A DNA stretch of 64,000 nt from Octopus sinensis (lineage: Eukaryota), in the NCBI RefSeq assembly GCF_006345805.1, contig NC_042999.1, positions 125,426,001-125,490,000 on the forward strand, in the 5' to 3' direction. A program made the translations under genes and the position numbers. Shown here piece by piece: positions 37,522 through 49,670 of the stretch. How positions within the stretch are numbered: position 1 is the first letter of the stretch; each line of letters opens with the position of its first letter. The notes beneath the pieces are model-generated. The model saw nothing but the letters and a program-made list of their open reading frames with translations, had not been told where the DNA came from and did no database searches.

Positions 37522-37525
<4 letters not shown>

Positions 37526-38427
37526 ACGATACCACCGTCGCTCAACTTGAACCCGGGACCCTACTAAGTCGAGCGACGACGATTGACCAGGCTCAGTCGA
37601 ACGGAATCCGCCACAGAGAAAACGGTGGTGGAGATGGCAACGAATTTGTCGACCGGAGAGAACAACAACAACAACAGCAGGAAGAGATGCAGAGAGACGG
37701 CGGAAGGCAATTGGCTTACATTTAAAAACAGTTCATGACAATCATTACAACATCAAATACAATGTAAAATACATCAGGTACATCAAAGAAAATAACATGC
37801 AACAGAATCAACAGCATGCAGATACAATACAGTCCAGAGACAACAGTTCAAATCAGTTCAATCAAATAATGTTCACGATACAGTTCAGAGACAAATCAGA
37901 ACAGTTCATTCAATACATTAAAGTCTTTCTCTTTCTTTTTTTCTCTTCAACACCTCTTTTCTTTTCTTCCTCTTTTCCTTAATTCACAGTTCTTTTTCCT
38001 TTTTTTTTTAACACATCAATTCTTTTCTTTTCTTCAACACATCAAGTCAACAACAAAAAAACAAGCATAAACATTACCAAACATTTTCGCGTCTGCAACT
38101 CTGCAACAATAGCCAATGCCTTCTACGCCGTAACCTCCCTTTCGCTCTCAATCCTCTGTGTATGTCTTTCACATTCACTGTTTCCGGCAGAACTACCTGT
38201 TACCAACTCGCTCTGTTCCCGACTGTCGACTGACTGACAAACTCCCAGCGCGTCGCATTATAAGGGGTGGTTTCTCGAACTTTCCCTGACCGGAACAGGG
38301 CCAAAGGTCTCTTCCGAATACATAACTTTCCCCAGAAACCGACAGGACAAAAGGTTTTAGCCGTCTGCTTGACGCCAACTCACAAAGTGGGTCAAAGCAC
38401 TCTGTTTCCGAACTGACCTCCATATCA
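37522..38427 (-). mobile_element. Putative solo LTR
   Basis: 906-bp CpG-rich unique segment bounded by TG...CA, flanked by ATAT on both sides within a (TA)n tract. The minus strand ends in GTAACA and has a CCTTATAA TATA-like site. Orientation is inferred. Confidence 0.55.
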
Positions 38428-38653
38428 ATATATATATAGTGGATCATTGGATGCCTTGTTCAAAGAAAAATGCATGTTACTAAAGAAAACATGCACCAAA
38501 GTCACTTACAAATACACTGCACTTACTCAGTGGCCCAGCAACAAAATTTGCTAAGGGGGTGCAAACCCAGGTCCTAATTTTTTTAATGAAAAATGTGGAT
38601 TTTTCCAATGTTAACATTAAAACAAATACAGGTATGATAATTTTTATTATTAT

Positions 38654-38825
38654 GAGGTGCAAGAGTGGCTGTGTGGTAAGTAGCTTGCTAACCAACCACA
38701 TGGTTCCGGGTTCAGTCCCACTGCATAGCATCTTAGGCAAGTGTCTTCTGCTATAGCCCCGGGCCGACCAATGCCTTGTGAGTGGATTTGGTAGACGGAA
38801 ACTGAAAGAAGCTTGTCGTATATAT

Positions 38826-38865
<40 letters not shown>

Positions 38866-39076
38866 GTTCGTGTGTCTGTGTTTGTCCCCCTAGCATTGCT
38901 TGACAACCGATGCTGGTGTGTTTACGTCCCCGTCACTTAGCAGTTCGGCAAAAGAGACCAATAGAATAAGTACTGGGCTTACAAAGAATAAGTCCCGGGG
39001 TCGATTTGCTCGACTAAAGGCGGAGCTCCAGCATGGCCGCAGTCGAATGACTGAAACAAGTAAAAGAGTAAAAGAG
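38654..39076 (+). mobile_element. tRNA-headed SINE-A, near-intact young copy
   Basis: A box TGGCTGTGTGG, B box GGTTCAGTCCC, core CCTTGTGAGTGGATTTGGTAGACGGAAACTGAAAGAAGC, internal (TA)n(TG)n and a (TAAAAGAG)n tail. Other copies at about 14985-15090, 16140-16525, 20075-20205, 27925-28245, 31717-32096, 41660-42056, 54645-55065, 55735-56010, 57395-57570 and 63897-64000. Confidence 0.85.
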
Positions 39077-39460
39077 TATGAGGGTCCGCTGAAATGTTTA
39101 TAATCTGAGCAAGACACAATGGAATGTGACCAAATGAAGTTCATTTTCTAACACAGTTCCTCTTACTGTCCACACACTTCCATTAGTAGTTGCAGTGCTT
39201 GGGTCGCACTGGTGAAGAAGCTTTTCTGTTGATCAAAATGGTCATCAACAACAGATAAGATGTTCTCATCATAGTGATACTGGTGCTCAGCTGAGTGTTT
39301 TTCTATGTTGGGAAACAGATGATAACCAGAAGGAACCAAATCACTAACATAGGGAGGATGATCAACCAGTTCAAAGCCAGTCACATACAGCAGCCATTGA
39401 AACCAAGGACTTGTGTGCTGAAACAAGTTTTTCTGGGTATTCATCAGTTTTTCTGGGTAT
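39077..39460 (-). mobile_element. Mariner (DD34D-type) remnant
   Basis: DHPPYVSDLVPSGYHLFPNIEK. TIR-like TATGAGGGTCCGCTGAAATG at 39077. Confidence 0.72.
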
Positions 39461-39915
39461 TTGGTCTTGATAGCCTTTCATAACTGCCTTAGGAAGTTGG
39501 TATTGAAATTTTCCATTGATGCTGTGATCATTTTGAAGATAGCCAATAAACACAATATTTTGTGCATTAATGCATAGTATATATAATAATGTGAAGTATA
39601 TTTTGCATATTAAAATGTTAAATTTTGGAAATGTATCAAGCAGAGCTAAAATAAGCAGTAAAAATACAAATTGCAAGTATTTCAAAATGTGGGACACTAC
39701 ATGACAAAATCTAACAAAAAAAGGAAAATAGTGGTGCTTGTGTTCCAAAGGTACAATGAGAAGGCTCAGGAGAAAGATAGAGTAGAGGGAAGGAAGTTAG
39801 AAGGAAAGAAAAGAATGAAAAGTGAAAAGATAAACTGGGGATCTGAAATGAGTACTAGACAGGAAATTGACCCCTGTGTCGGTGGCACGTAAAAACAGCA
39901 CCCACTACACTCTCA

Positions 39916-40112
39916 GAAGTTAGGAAATCCTCGGAATTCCCAGGAAGTTTTCGACCAAATTTCCATTAAGTTAGAAAATCCTTGGCACTTTCTAGGAAGT
40001 TTTCGACCAAAGCTCCCAGAAGTAAGAAAATACTCGGAACTTTCCAGGAATTTTCGACCAAATTTCCAGAAATCCTCGGAAATTCCCAGGAAGTTTTCAA
40101 CCAAATTTCCCG
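39916..40112. repeat. About 52-bp minisatellite, 3.8 units
   Basis: TTTTC(G/A)ACCAAA at 39948, 40000, 40051 and 40094. Confidence 0.9.
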
Positions 40113-40114
40113 GA

Positions 40115-41560
40115 ATAGGAAAAAGAGGAATGAACCAATAGCATTGGACACCATCCAACTTGATTCCTTCAACACAGCAAAGCAGCAACTTGCTCAGGCA
40201 TCGCTTCTTGCCCACCCTGTTGTGGATGCTTAGCTATCCCTTATAGTGATGCCAAGCGATGCTAGCTATCCCTTGGCATCCAACACTGCCATAGGCATGG
40301 TGTTACAACAATTTCACCAGCAACGATTCCAGCCTCTTGCCTTTTCTCTCAGCAGCTTAAACCAGCTGAAACTCGCTACAGCATTTTCAGATGGGAGCTG
40401 TTAGTTATGTATTGAGCAGTCAAACATTTCTGGCACACACTCGAGGGATGCCATTTCACAATTTTTATGGACCACTATCCACTCACCTTTGCCCTGCACT
40501 CAAAGCCTGAGAAGTACTCTCCATGAGAAACCAGGCACTTGGATTTCATTTCCCAATTTACTACCAACATCTGCCATATCTCTTGCATAGATAACACTGC
40601 AGCAGATGCCTTATCATGCCTACCACCGAATTTACTGTCATCACCCACAGACATCTCCTGGCAAAAGTTCAACCTCACTTAGAGACAATTGATATATCCT
40701 CACCTGCCTTTGCCACATGCAACTTCAAGTACTTCCCAGTACCCACAACTGACACACGAATTTTGTGCAATACTTCCATGAATTCTCCTTGTCCTTTTGT
40801 TCGGGAGACCCGCAGACAAACAGTCTTCAGCACACTGCATAACCTGTCACTGCCACAGTAAAACTCATTTTGGCTAGATTCTTTTGACCAAATATGAGAT
40901 GAGACATCACTGCTCGGTCGCGCTCCTGCCTTTTCTGTAAGAAGTCAAAGGTAAATAGGCACACCCGTGCACCCCTTGGCACATTCAACACACCAGATGC
41001 GCATTTCAACCATGTACTCATCGACCTTGTCAGACCTTGGCCAGTCAGCCAGGCATACACCTACCTACTCATCCACATTGATCGTTTCACATGTTAGCCA
41101 GAAGCTATTTCTTTAGAAGATATCACTGCAGGATCTGTTGCCAAAGCTTTTCTCACAGGATGGATATTATGGTACAGAGTTCCTACCACCATCATTACCA
41201 ACTGTGGAAAACAGTTTGAATTGCAACTCTTCCATGAGTTCACGAAGACCATTGGTACATGTTGGATTCAAACCACCAGTTACCATCCACAATCCAATGG
41301 TATGGTGGAACAATTCCACCCAGATCAGCAGTGTTGGAGTGAATATCTTCCAATAGTCCTTCTTGGCTGTCGAACCTCAATAAAGGAGGGTCTCAGTTAT
41401 TCCCCGGCAGAACTTGTTTATGGCACACCTCTTTTGCTACTAGGCCAGATGTTGGCCCCAGTGGATCTGTCCACACAAGACCCCACTATGTACATACACA
41501 GACTTTACAAATACATGCAAGAACTGCCACCCATGTCAACACAACACCAAACCATTAAAT
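40115..41560 (+). mobile_element. Ty3/Gypsy pol relic (RT connection, RNase H, integrase)
   Basis: SFNTAKQQLAQASLLAHP; AIGMVLQQ...AETRYS...AVKHF...DH.PL (RNase H); IDLV.P...IDRFT...TTSYHPQSNGMVEQFH...SPAELVYG (integrase). Multiple stops and frameshifts, no adjacent LTR. Confidence 0.85.
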
Positions 41561-41659
41561 TAACAGTTCCAGGGTCAATGATGGGGTTGCACAACTACCA
41601 CTCTGTTTCTTCTTAAAATTTCTATTATGGTCTCTAATTCTTTAAAATTTACCCACAAC

Positions 41660-42056
41660 ACAGGCACAAATGTGTGATGAGAAGTTCATTTCCCAACCAC
41701 ATAGTTCTGGGTTCAGTCCCACTGCTTGGAACTTTGGGTGTCTTTTACTATAGTCCTGGGCATGTGTTTTCTGCTATAGCCTCAGGCCAACCAAAGCCTT
41801 GTGAGTGGATTTTGTAGACAGAAACTGAAAGAAGCTATATCAAATGTGTGTCTGTGTGTGTCTTTGTGTCTGAGTTTGTACTCCCATCACTACTTGACAA
41901 CTGACATTGGTGTGTTTACACCCCCATAACTTAGCACTTTCAGCAAAAGAGACCAGTGAAATAAGTACTAGGTTTAAGAATTAAGTCCGAGGGTTAAGGC
42001 AGTACTCCAACATGGCTGCAGTCAGATGACTGAAATAAGTAAAAGAGTAAAAGAAT
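41660..42056 (+). mobile_element. SINE-A copy
   Basis: Colinear homology to 38654-39076, with a small internal duplication at about 41730-41785. Confidence 0.78.
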
Positions 42057-42112
42057 ACTTAATAAAAGAGTTACTGGTAGATTCTTCTGTATTAAATATT
42101 TGTGATAAAATA

Positions 42113-42510
42113 TTCCTTTCTACTATAGGCACAAGGCCTGAAATTTGGGTGAGGGTGATAGTAGATTACATCGACCCCAGTACTTAACTGGTACTTAATT
42201 TATTGACCCTGAAAGGATGAAAGGCAAAGTCAACCTCAGCAGAATTTGAACTCAGAATGTAGCGGCAGATGAAATACCTATTTCTTTACTGCCTACAAGG
42301 GGCTACACACAGAGGGGACAAACAAGGACAGACAAACAGATTAAGTCGATTATATCGACCCCAGTGTGCAACTAGTACTTATTTAATCGACCCCGAAAGA
42401 ATGAAAGGCAAAGTCGACCTCGGCGGAATTTGAACTCAGAACGTAGCAGCAGACAAAATACCGATAAGCATTTCGCTGGGCATGCTAACGTTTCTACCAG
42501 CTCACCGCCT
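42113..42510 (-). mobile_element. SINE-B dimer (variant-tail copy joined to a standard-tail copy)
   Basis: The SINE-B core occurs twice (42160-42278 and 42345-42460), joined at GAAATACC|TATTTC. Confidence 0.75.
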
Positions 42511-43175
42511 TTATTTCTGATAAAATATTAAAAATAAAATAGTTGATTTTTTTCCACCCACTGGTGGGGCATATATTTTTCTGGAAAGTTATAGTTGAGT
42601 CTGGGGGAAAATAGGTTGGGTAATGTTTCTGAATAGTTAGCAATTTGGTGAAGAAATACCAACAGCTAAAATGTATCATATTCTACTTTTCAGATGTATT
42701 TGAGATGTAAAATTTGCTGAACAAACAGCTACAAGGTAAAAATACAAATCTTTTAATTTGCAAAGAGGCTGTTAGTGCTTTCCTTGGAAAACTTAACCTA
42801 TTCAGAATAAATATTGTTCATGAGTTGATGCATTTCCCAACCCTTGCCACTAATGAGGAGAAACAATAAGAGGATAATCTGTTGTGTCTGGGGAGAGTAA
42901 TTTTCTTTTTGTGCCTTATAATGTGGAAATTTTACCGGTGAGTGTGTTACATTGTAAGGCACAAAAAGAAAGTGACTCTCCCCAGACTTCAACACACGAA
43001 CTCATATAAAGAATCTTGCAAACCAAATCCAAAAACAAAAAATAAGAGCATGATATTTTAGTGTACATTAGATACTTCAAGAAACTGATTCATATGAAAA
43101 TTAAGTTCAAAGCTCTCCTGGAAATGGACGTTCAAAGCTGGTTGGTAGACTTGTTCAGGACAAATGCAGTTGATA

Positions 43176-43668
43176 TTTGCCATATCCTGAACGCCTTACT
43201 TCCCTGGGCATGGACACATTGAAACTCCGACGTCTGGCAGCTGACTTGGCAGACACCCAAAAATTATCAACCATCGTACAAACAATAACTCTGAGCACCT
43301 TTTCAAACTCCACCCATCTAACACCCGTGGACATATTTACAAAGTAAGAAAACAGCACAGCTCCCATGACTTCAGGAAACATTTTTTCACGCTGAGAGTT
43401 GCTGAAGCATGGAACAAACTGCTGGCATCAGTTGCTAGTTGTCGGAGCACTGCATCCTTCAAAACTTCCATGCTTCCTGAGATTCGCCAACACTACACTT
43501 GATTTTCTCCTCTCCATACACACACAAGCATGTATCTGACTCATACATTGTTCGCTTTCCAGACATTTCTACGTTACTGCATGTACTTTATATGCACTTT
43601 CTGACAAGTTGTGGTGCACCTGAGCACTGTATACAATAATTTCATTATTATTATTATTATTATTATAT
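43176..43668 (+). mobile_element. CR1/L2-clade LINE 3' end
   Basis: LPYPERLTSLGMDTLKLRRLAADL...TRGHIYKVRKQHSSHDFRKHFFTLRVAEAWNKL, the typical CR1 C-terminus, with a (TTA)n tail. Confidence 0.82.
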
Positions 43669-43779
43669 CAGACAAGAATGTCTTATTGAGTTGCAGTGTA
43701 AGCAGTTTTAAATTAAAAGAGAGAGAGAGAGAGAGGGGAGGAGGGCGAGAGACCAAGGGGAGGTAACTCCAACTCTACT

Positions 43780-43933
43780 CGAAATTCATATTTTTAACCA
43801 ATCAAAATACATCTACCTTTTAGGCGCGACATTAAGTTTGTTGTTGATCAACCTCACCAGCTCGTGGCAGTTATCATTGTATTATACTTATTTATAGACT
43901 GCTAATTTCTTAGACTTTTTTTTTTCTGGAAAG
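43780..43933 (+). promoter_or_regulatory. CENPL: Probable CENP-L promoter and non-coding first exon
   Basis: CCAAT at 43798-43802, AAG|GTAAAT donor at 43933/43934, and the start of a CpG-retaining region (about 43.7-45.5 kb). TSS not determinable. Confidence 0.4.
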
Positions 43934-45772
43934 GTAAATCGCTTTAACTAATAATTTTAAGATGGATAATTTAGTTATTAACTTATTCAATTTAATTTTG
44001 ATACCGTTTGTTCTTTCGAAATGTTGACTACTTAATACACTGCATCATTTTATATTATGAAGTTATTTTAGTTATTTATATTTTAAGTCAGGAAAGTGAA
44101 AATTATGTTGAACAAAGGCATATGAAGTCATCTTTTTAATCAAAAATATTTTATATTTCAATGTTATGTATAGTCTATCGCTAATATGGTTTTCCATATC
44201 TACAGCTAAAATTATAAATTGGCCGTTTATTTTAACTTGTATGCATAGAGTTTGTAACTGTAAAACCTGTAGATGACAGTCTTGTCAAACTCGTGTTTAG
44301 AACTCTGGTGTTAATTCCCGCCCTAAAAATAACGGATTGACAGCATTAGAATATATTTAGCTCTAGTCCTTTAAATTGTGAATTCAACCGAAGTAACTTG
44401 GCGTAACTTCGGTATAGGTACCGGATACATTTCAAGAAAGTGTTGTTTTTTTTTATATACATGGGGGATTAGGGGTGGGAGAAAAGGGTAAAACAAATGT
44501 TCTCATGCAAACAGAATTGGCGTGAGGATATTTTGGTGTTGTTTTGGAATAACTTGACAATCGGATTGGGATTTGTTCCCCACAAGTCTGTAATTGATAC
44601 AAGTGCCTTAAAAGCATTATGACTGGCAAAGAAAGTGTAGGTTGTTGGATCCTCATACGTCGAAACCGACGGGAGAGTCTATAATATACGTATTGATCAA
44701 ATAGATAAGTGAAGTGAGAGAATAGATGTTTATTCCATTAGTTTGCAGCGTTCATAATTATGTTAGTTATATAATTGACATTACATCACCGTCAACATAT
44801 AAAATAGACATATGTACCCTTATACCCCATATAAATGTGCTAGGTATATGTCATTTTGTCTTTCGTTGAGTGAATACTTATCTACTTGAATTTTACTGTG
44901 TAGTCAGGAACTGGTGGATGAAATACTGTTCCTACAACCTTAATTGTTGGACCCATAGTGTCTTTATTTATGTCAAGGATACTTTACGCAGTCGTTGTTG
45001 TGGTTGTCCTCGGTTTATCTTAGAAATACCATACAATAGAATATAACACTCAGTAGAAGCAAGAAACGACTTATAATTATCATAAAAACTATAATGCAAC
45101 ACTATAAAAGTCGAGAGAAAAAAAACACTTTGCGAGGCTAAAAAGAAAAAAAGTTAACTGTTGAACTTTCTCTCTATCCTTATAGAGACAGGGAGGTAAA
45201 TCAGTGCTGACATTTGGAATTCATGATAGTGGACCGTTTAAACGTGTAAACTGTGCGCTGACCCAGGTCAACATTGATCCAGGAAACCACTTGTCAAAGA
45301 TTTTCCGGCCGCAACCATTTAGTAGTATGTAAGATAACGTTACCTGATGTTTCCTTCCCTTATTTAAGAGAGTAGAGTGAGATTTGAGAGATATGTAGCT
45401 ACTATTTCTTGCGAATTGGGTGACCATGTAGATGCTTCAGTACTAGATGTATTTGGGCTTGACGAAAGTTGTCAGATTTGAAGATGCATCAAACTTGTTT
45501 GCTAACTAAATGTCTATAATAATATAGCAATGCAGTTTATTGTTTAACCTTACATCGATTCCTCCGTGGTGTTGCTTTGTATTTATAATAAAATAAATAT
45601 ATACAAATTATAAAAATAATTTTTTAAAATATATACACTAGAGTACTGTTTCTACTTCGCGGATTTTCACCTATCGCGGGGTGTTTTGGAATGTAACATC
45701 CGCGATAGCCGAGGGATAACTGTGTATATATACATATGTGTGTGTGTGTATGTATATATATATATTCAATAT

Positions 45773-45966
45773 GTGACTGCATGTGTATCGTTGGCGATTT
45801 TCTTTCTCCGTCTTCCCTTCTTTGGACTTTTTCTTTTTTCTATATTTCCGACAAAGAGCTCCGCCCGAAACGTTAAATCCTTCTTTCTTTCCTTTCCTGA
45901 GCGTCCAATAATACTATACTTGTTCCACGTCCTCGCGTTGTTGTGTTTTTCTTTGTTCATGTTTGG
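45773..45966 (+). mobile_element. Repeat between (TA)n tracts with a degenerate minimal hammerhead-like motif (Penelope pLTR-like)
   Basis: ATTT-CCGACAA-A-GAGC-TCC-GCCC-GAAA-CG-TT-AAAT at 45844-45878. Confidence 0.5.
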
Positions 45967-46021
45967 ATTAACTTTATATATATATAATATATATATTATA
46001 TATATTATATATATATATATA

Positions 46022-46734
46022 CATGGTGACTGAAAAGTAACTCCCTATTTTAAAATACTTATAATTTTTAGAAAAATGAATATGTAAAAACATAACTTCT
46101 CATATTCACCCTTCAAGTCCTTCCAAAGTTGTTGGTTTGGTAGACTAGACTTGCTTCTTTAACCAACCCCATAGAAAAAAGTCGCAGAGTGTTAAGTCAG
46201 GGCTTCTGGCCAGCCAATCATGCAGACCACGATGATCCATCAATCTCCCAGGGAAGTTGGCATTCAGCCAATAGCAAAATGTGGAGGAGCACCATCTTGC
46301 ATAAAAATCAAATCATCAATATTCTCCCAAGTACTGATAACTGGCCAGATTTCATCTTGCAGCATGGTGAGATATCTTTCAGCATTTGTGGTATTGCAAA
46401 GGATAAAAGGACCCACATTCCTGTCTGAAGTCATTCCACACCATACCATTACCTTGAGCTGATTCTGCATTTTTGCAGAGGTAATATGAGGATCTTCTGC
46501 CCAGTAGTGGCAGTTGTTCACAAACCCATCAATGTGGAATACCACTTCATCAATCCAGAGGATATTTGTAGAGCTTCTAAATTTCAGACAAAATAATCGA
46601 TCTGAAAAACAAAAATAACAACATAGAATCAATTCCCAAACAATAAAGAATGTACACAATAAATTTGAGAAAAAAATTATAATTAATAAAGGAATTATAA
46701 ATATTTTAAAATAGGGAGTTACTTTTCAATCACC

Positions 46735-46737
<3 letters not shown>
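46022..46737 (-). mobile_element. Tc1/mariner element with about 45-bp TIRs, rosa/DD41D-like, internally deleted
   Basis: TIRs CA(T/G)GGTGA(C/T)TGAAAAGTAACTCCCTATTTTAAAATA at both ends, TA flanks. Transposase LWIDEVVF...VMVWCG...FMQDGAPPH...(frameshift)...WLARSPDLTLCDFFLWG. Family assignment is inferred from motifs. Confidence 0.82.
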
Positions 46738-46765
<28 letters not shown>

Positions 46766-46768
<3 letters not shown>

Positions 46769-47575
46769 GGTGCGATGGGTAAATTGTTGCCATTTTATAT
46801 TTTTGATTTCACACATGGTTTTTGATTTTGTTGACTACACAGCATAGTTGGGTCTGTGAGGAAAACAGCACCATGACGCAATTCACTCTGCAAAAAATTT
46901 GGAAATGACATGCAGTACTGCTTGGCATTCATACCGGAAAATCCAAAAGGAACAGATGATGAACACAGAGCAACTGTTGGCTTGCCATATCCCCAAAGCA
47001 TGTACCAAGAGTGATAAAAATCAAATATCATGGTGTTTGGAGTGTTCACTAGTGATGGTGAAGTTATCCTTAATTCATCTTAATTGAGCCCACACAGCCT
47101 CAAACTCAACAAGGAAGCCTACATCAAGTGTCTGGAGGAGGTAGTGCTACCCTGGGTGGCTGCTGGAAGACCTTATGTCTGGCAACAGGACTCTGCACCA
47201 TGCCACACAAGCATGAGAGACAATTTCTGCAAGCACAACACCTAACACCCTAGACTGCATTCTCCTTGATTATTATGTGTTGGGCACAGTTGAGCGAGAG
47301 ACCAACAAAACTCCTTGTAACACCAAAGATGAACTGAAAGTAAGGATTATGGCAGCATTCACCAACTTAAACAAGAAGACCATCCAGAAGAGTTGCAGGA
47401 GATTCTGAAATTGTCTGGAGGCCATGGTTGAAGCCAATGGTGATTTTATTGAATAAATTTACTCTTTAGTATTTCAAGATATTTTTACGTAATTTTGGTA
47501 AATATATCTGTTAAAATGAGATGTCAGTATTAATTTCATTTTTGCGTAATTTAGACAACAGTTTACTCAGCGCAC
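46766..47575 (+). mobile_element. Tc1/mariner element, maT/DD37D-like, internally deleted
   Basis: 5' TIR CAGGGTGCGATGGGTAAATTGTTG, degenerate 3' TIR, TA flanks. PYVWQQDSAPCHTS and decayed DCxxLDYYVxG motifs. Confidence 0.8.
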
Positions 47576-47630
47576 TATATATATATATATATATGAATTT
47601 TTTTCTTCTTTTTTCAGGAATTTTAGCAAA

Positions 47631-47685
47631 ATGTCCGTGCCACCACAATTTCATACAAAAACACCTGTAACACGAAAACTACCAA
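47631..47685 (+). CDS. CENPL: CENP-L first coding exon (acceptor at 47617, ATG at 47631)
   Basis: Long pyrimidine tract plus CAG. Encodes MSVPPQFHTKTPVTRKLP, phase 1 donor GTATAT. The TP..RK motif resembles the CENP-L N-terminus (human TPPRRKIP). Confidence 0.65.
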
Positions 47686-47883
47686 GTATATATTTTAAAA
47701 TTCCTTTTAAAGAAATTTATTAATTTATTCATTAATACAATTTAGAAAACTAAAACTATTGTTAAGAAATTTGTTTTATATATTTATGATTTAAACAGTG
47801 CATTCATAAAAGTAAAATCAGTAAATATAGAAGGAAAGTTGTTTATGTAAGCAATTTCTTATACATAATTTTTATATTTACAG

Positions 47884-47931
47884 ATAAAATAAAATCAGCA
47901 GATAAGGCAGTTGGTCCACCACAGATACCAG
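47884..47931 (+). CDS. CENPL: CENP-L exon
   Basis: TTTACAG acceptor and CAG|GTATTC donor. Encodes (N)KIKSADKAVGPPQIP. Phase 1-1 fit, weak homology. Confidence 0.6.
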
Positions 47932-48754
47932 GTATTCTCCAAACTTATTCTGATATAAAATTAATCACATAAAAGAAACTTTTGTTTTATACACTGGGAT
48001 TAACATTTATAATTTTGATATGCAAAGCTAAATTAATGTTAATTCATTGGAAATTTCTGTGAGGAGAAGTAGTGCACCTAGCCTTTCTTAGGTCACCTAA
48101 TTCAATGTGTATGAACTGCTGAGTAGAGTTAATGTAGTGGGTTAAAGAAGAAGGGGAATAGGCTGAGTGTGTTTCATATTGCAGATGTGAGGAAACAAGA
48201 TTATGCAATGTACGTAATGAGAAAGAGTGATGTTACACAGAGTAAAGATGAACGAAGTAAGTCAATTTGGCAAAGGTGGTATACAAACAAGTTCTGAAGA
48301 GCAAACTGCTATAGTAAAAATGAAGAGTGATAGTGAAAGCTTTTTTATTTTTCATTCAGATGTTTTTTTGTGTCTGGATGCAGTGCAGAATGTGCTTGTT
48401 AATGCACTGTCCCACATCTAGTACAAAATTATACCATGCATAGAATTAGGATACTGTTCAAGGCTGCAGTCTTTTCTAGCTCTGAAGAATAAATGCTTCA
48501 GAGCATGTATTCTGAAGCATACAGAATACATGTATTCTGTATGCATGATCAACCTTGTGCAGTCACCAGAGAAAGCTAGACCTAGCATTTGTTGAGTGTT
48601 AGGAACTTTCCCTACGCATTCTTCAAGAATAGTGTGGATGCCTTGTTGTGCTCATCTTATCTTGAGATGTATAGAGGCAGATTCATTGGTACTATTGACT
48701 AAGATGAAGTTGAGATGTTTCCATTGCAGCATGTTTTTAAGGTTATCTGCTAAG

Positions 48755-49150
48755 ACCTCCCTGGGCATGGACACATTGAAACTCCGACGTCTGGCAGCTG
48801 ACTTGGCAGACACCCATAAAATTATCAACCATCGCACAAACAATAACTCTGAGCACCTCTTCAAACTCCACCCATCTAACACCCGTGGACATATTTACAA
48901 AGTAAGAAAACAGCACAGCTCCCATGACTTCAGGAAACATTTTTTCACGCTGAGAGTTGCTGAAGCGTGGAACAAACTGCCGACATCGGTTGTTAGTTGT
49001 CGGAGCACTGCTTCCTGAGATTCGCCAACACTACACTTGATTTTCTCCCCTCCATACACCCAGACATTTCTACACTACTGCATGTACTTTATATGCACTT
49101 TCTGACAAGTTGTGGTGCACCTGAGCACTGTATACAATAATTTCATTATT
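48755..49150 (+). mobile_element. CR1/L2-clade LINE 3' end, second copy
   Basis: Near-identical to 43197-43660, with two internal deletions. Confidence 0.82.
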
Positions 49151-49670
49151 TTTATTTTTTAAGATCTGTACATCAGTCAAGAGATATTGTGTTATATGTG
49201 TTAAGTTTTGAGTAAAGAAAGAGGGCAAGATATGATGTGTGCTGTGAGAACTCTTGAAAATATATGCTGAGTGTTGCAAACATCAGAAAAGCATTTTTAC
49301 ATTGTTTAAAGTTTTTGCTTTTCAATATTGTTTCTATGATTTAAGGTAAGAGTAAATGCAAAAAAGTGTCTCTATGTAGCCATGAAATGATATATACTAT
49401 TTCCAAAAGTAATTTTTAAAATCTGATGCAGCTACAGATGTCTTCTTTTACCATTTTATACTGCATGTTAAATTTCACTATAAGAAAGTTATATATCTCA
49501 AGAGAATGGTCTTACCTTATAGATCCAAATTAGGAAATTAGTGCATGGCTCTTACGAATTATGACTTTGTTCCACAGCATACATGTTGAATTTAAATACT
49601 AAATAGTTTAATATCTTTCAGTATCATCTCAGATTTTCCTTTTTTTCTTATTTTTTTTTTTTTTTACTAG

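Noticed and set aside
43176-48790. Shared fixed 5' end of the two CR1 fragments, suggesting a CR1-derived SINE
   Set aside because: The 43-kb copy extends about 20 nt further into the ORF (LPYPERL), so these are ordinary independent 5' truncations.
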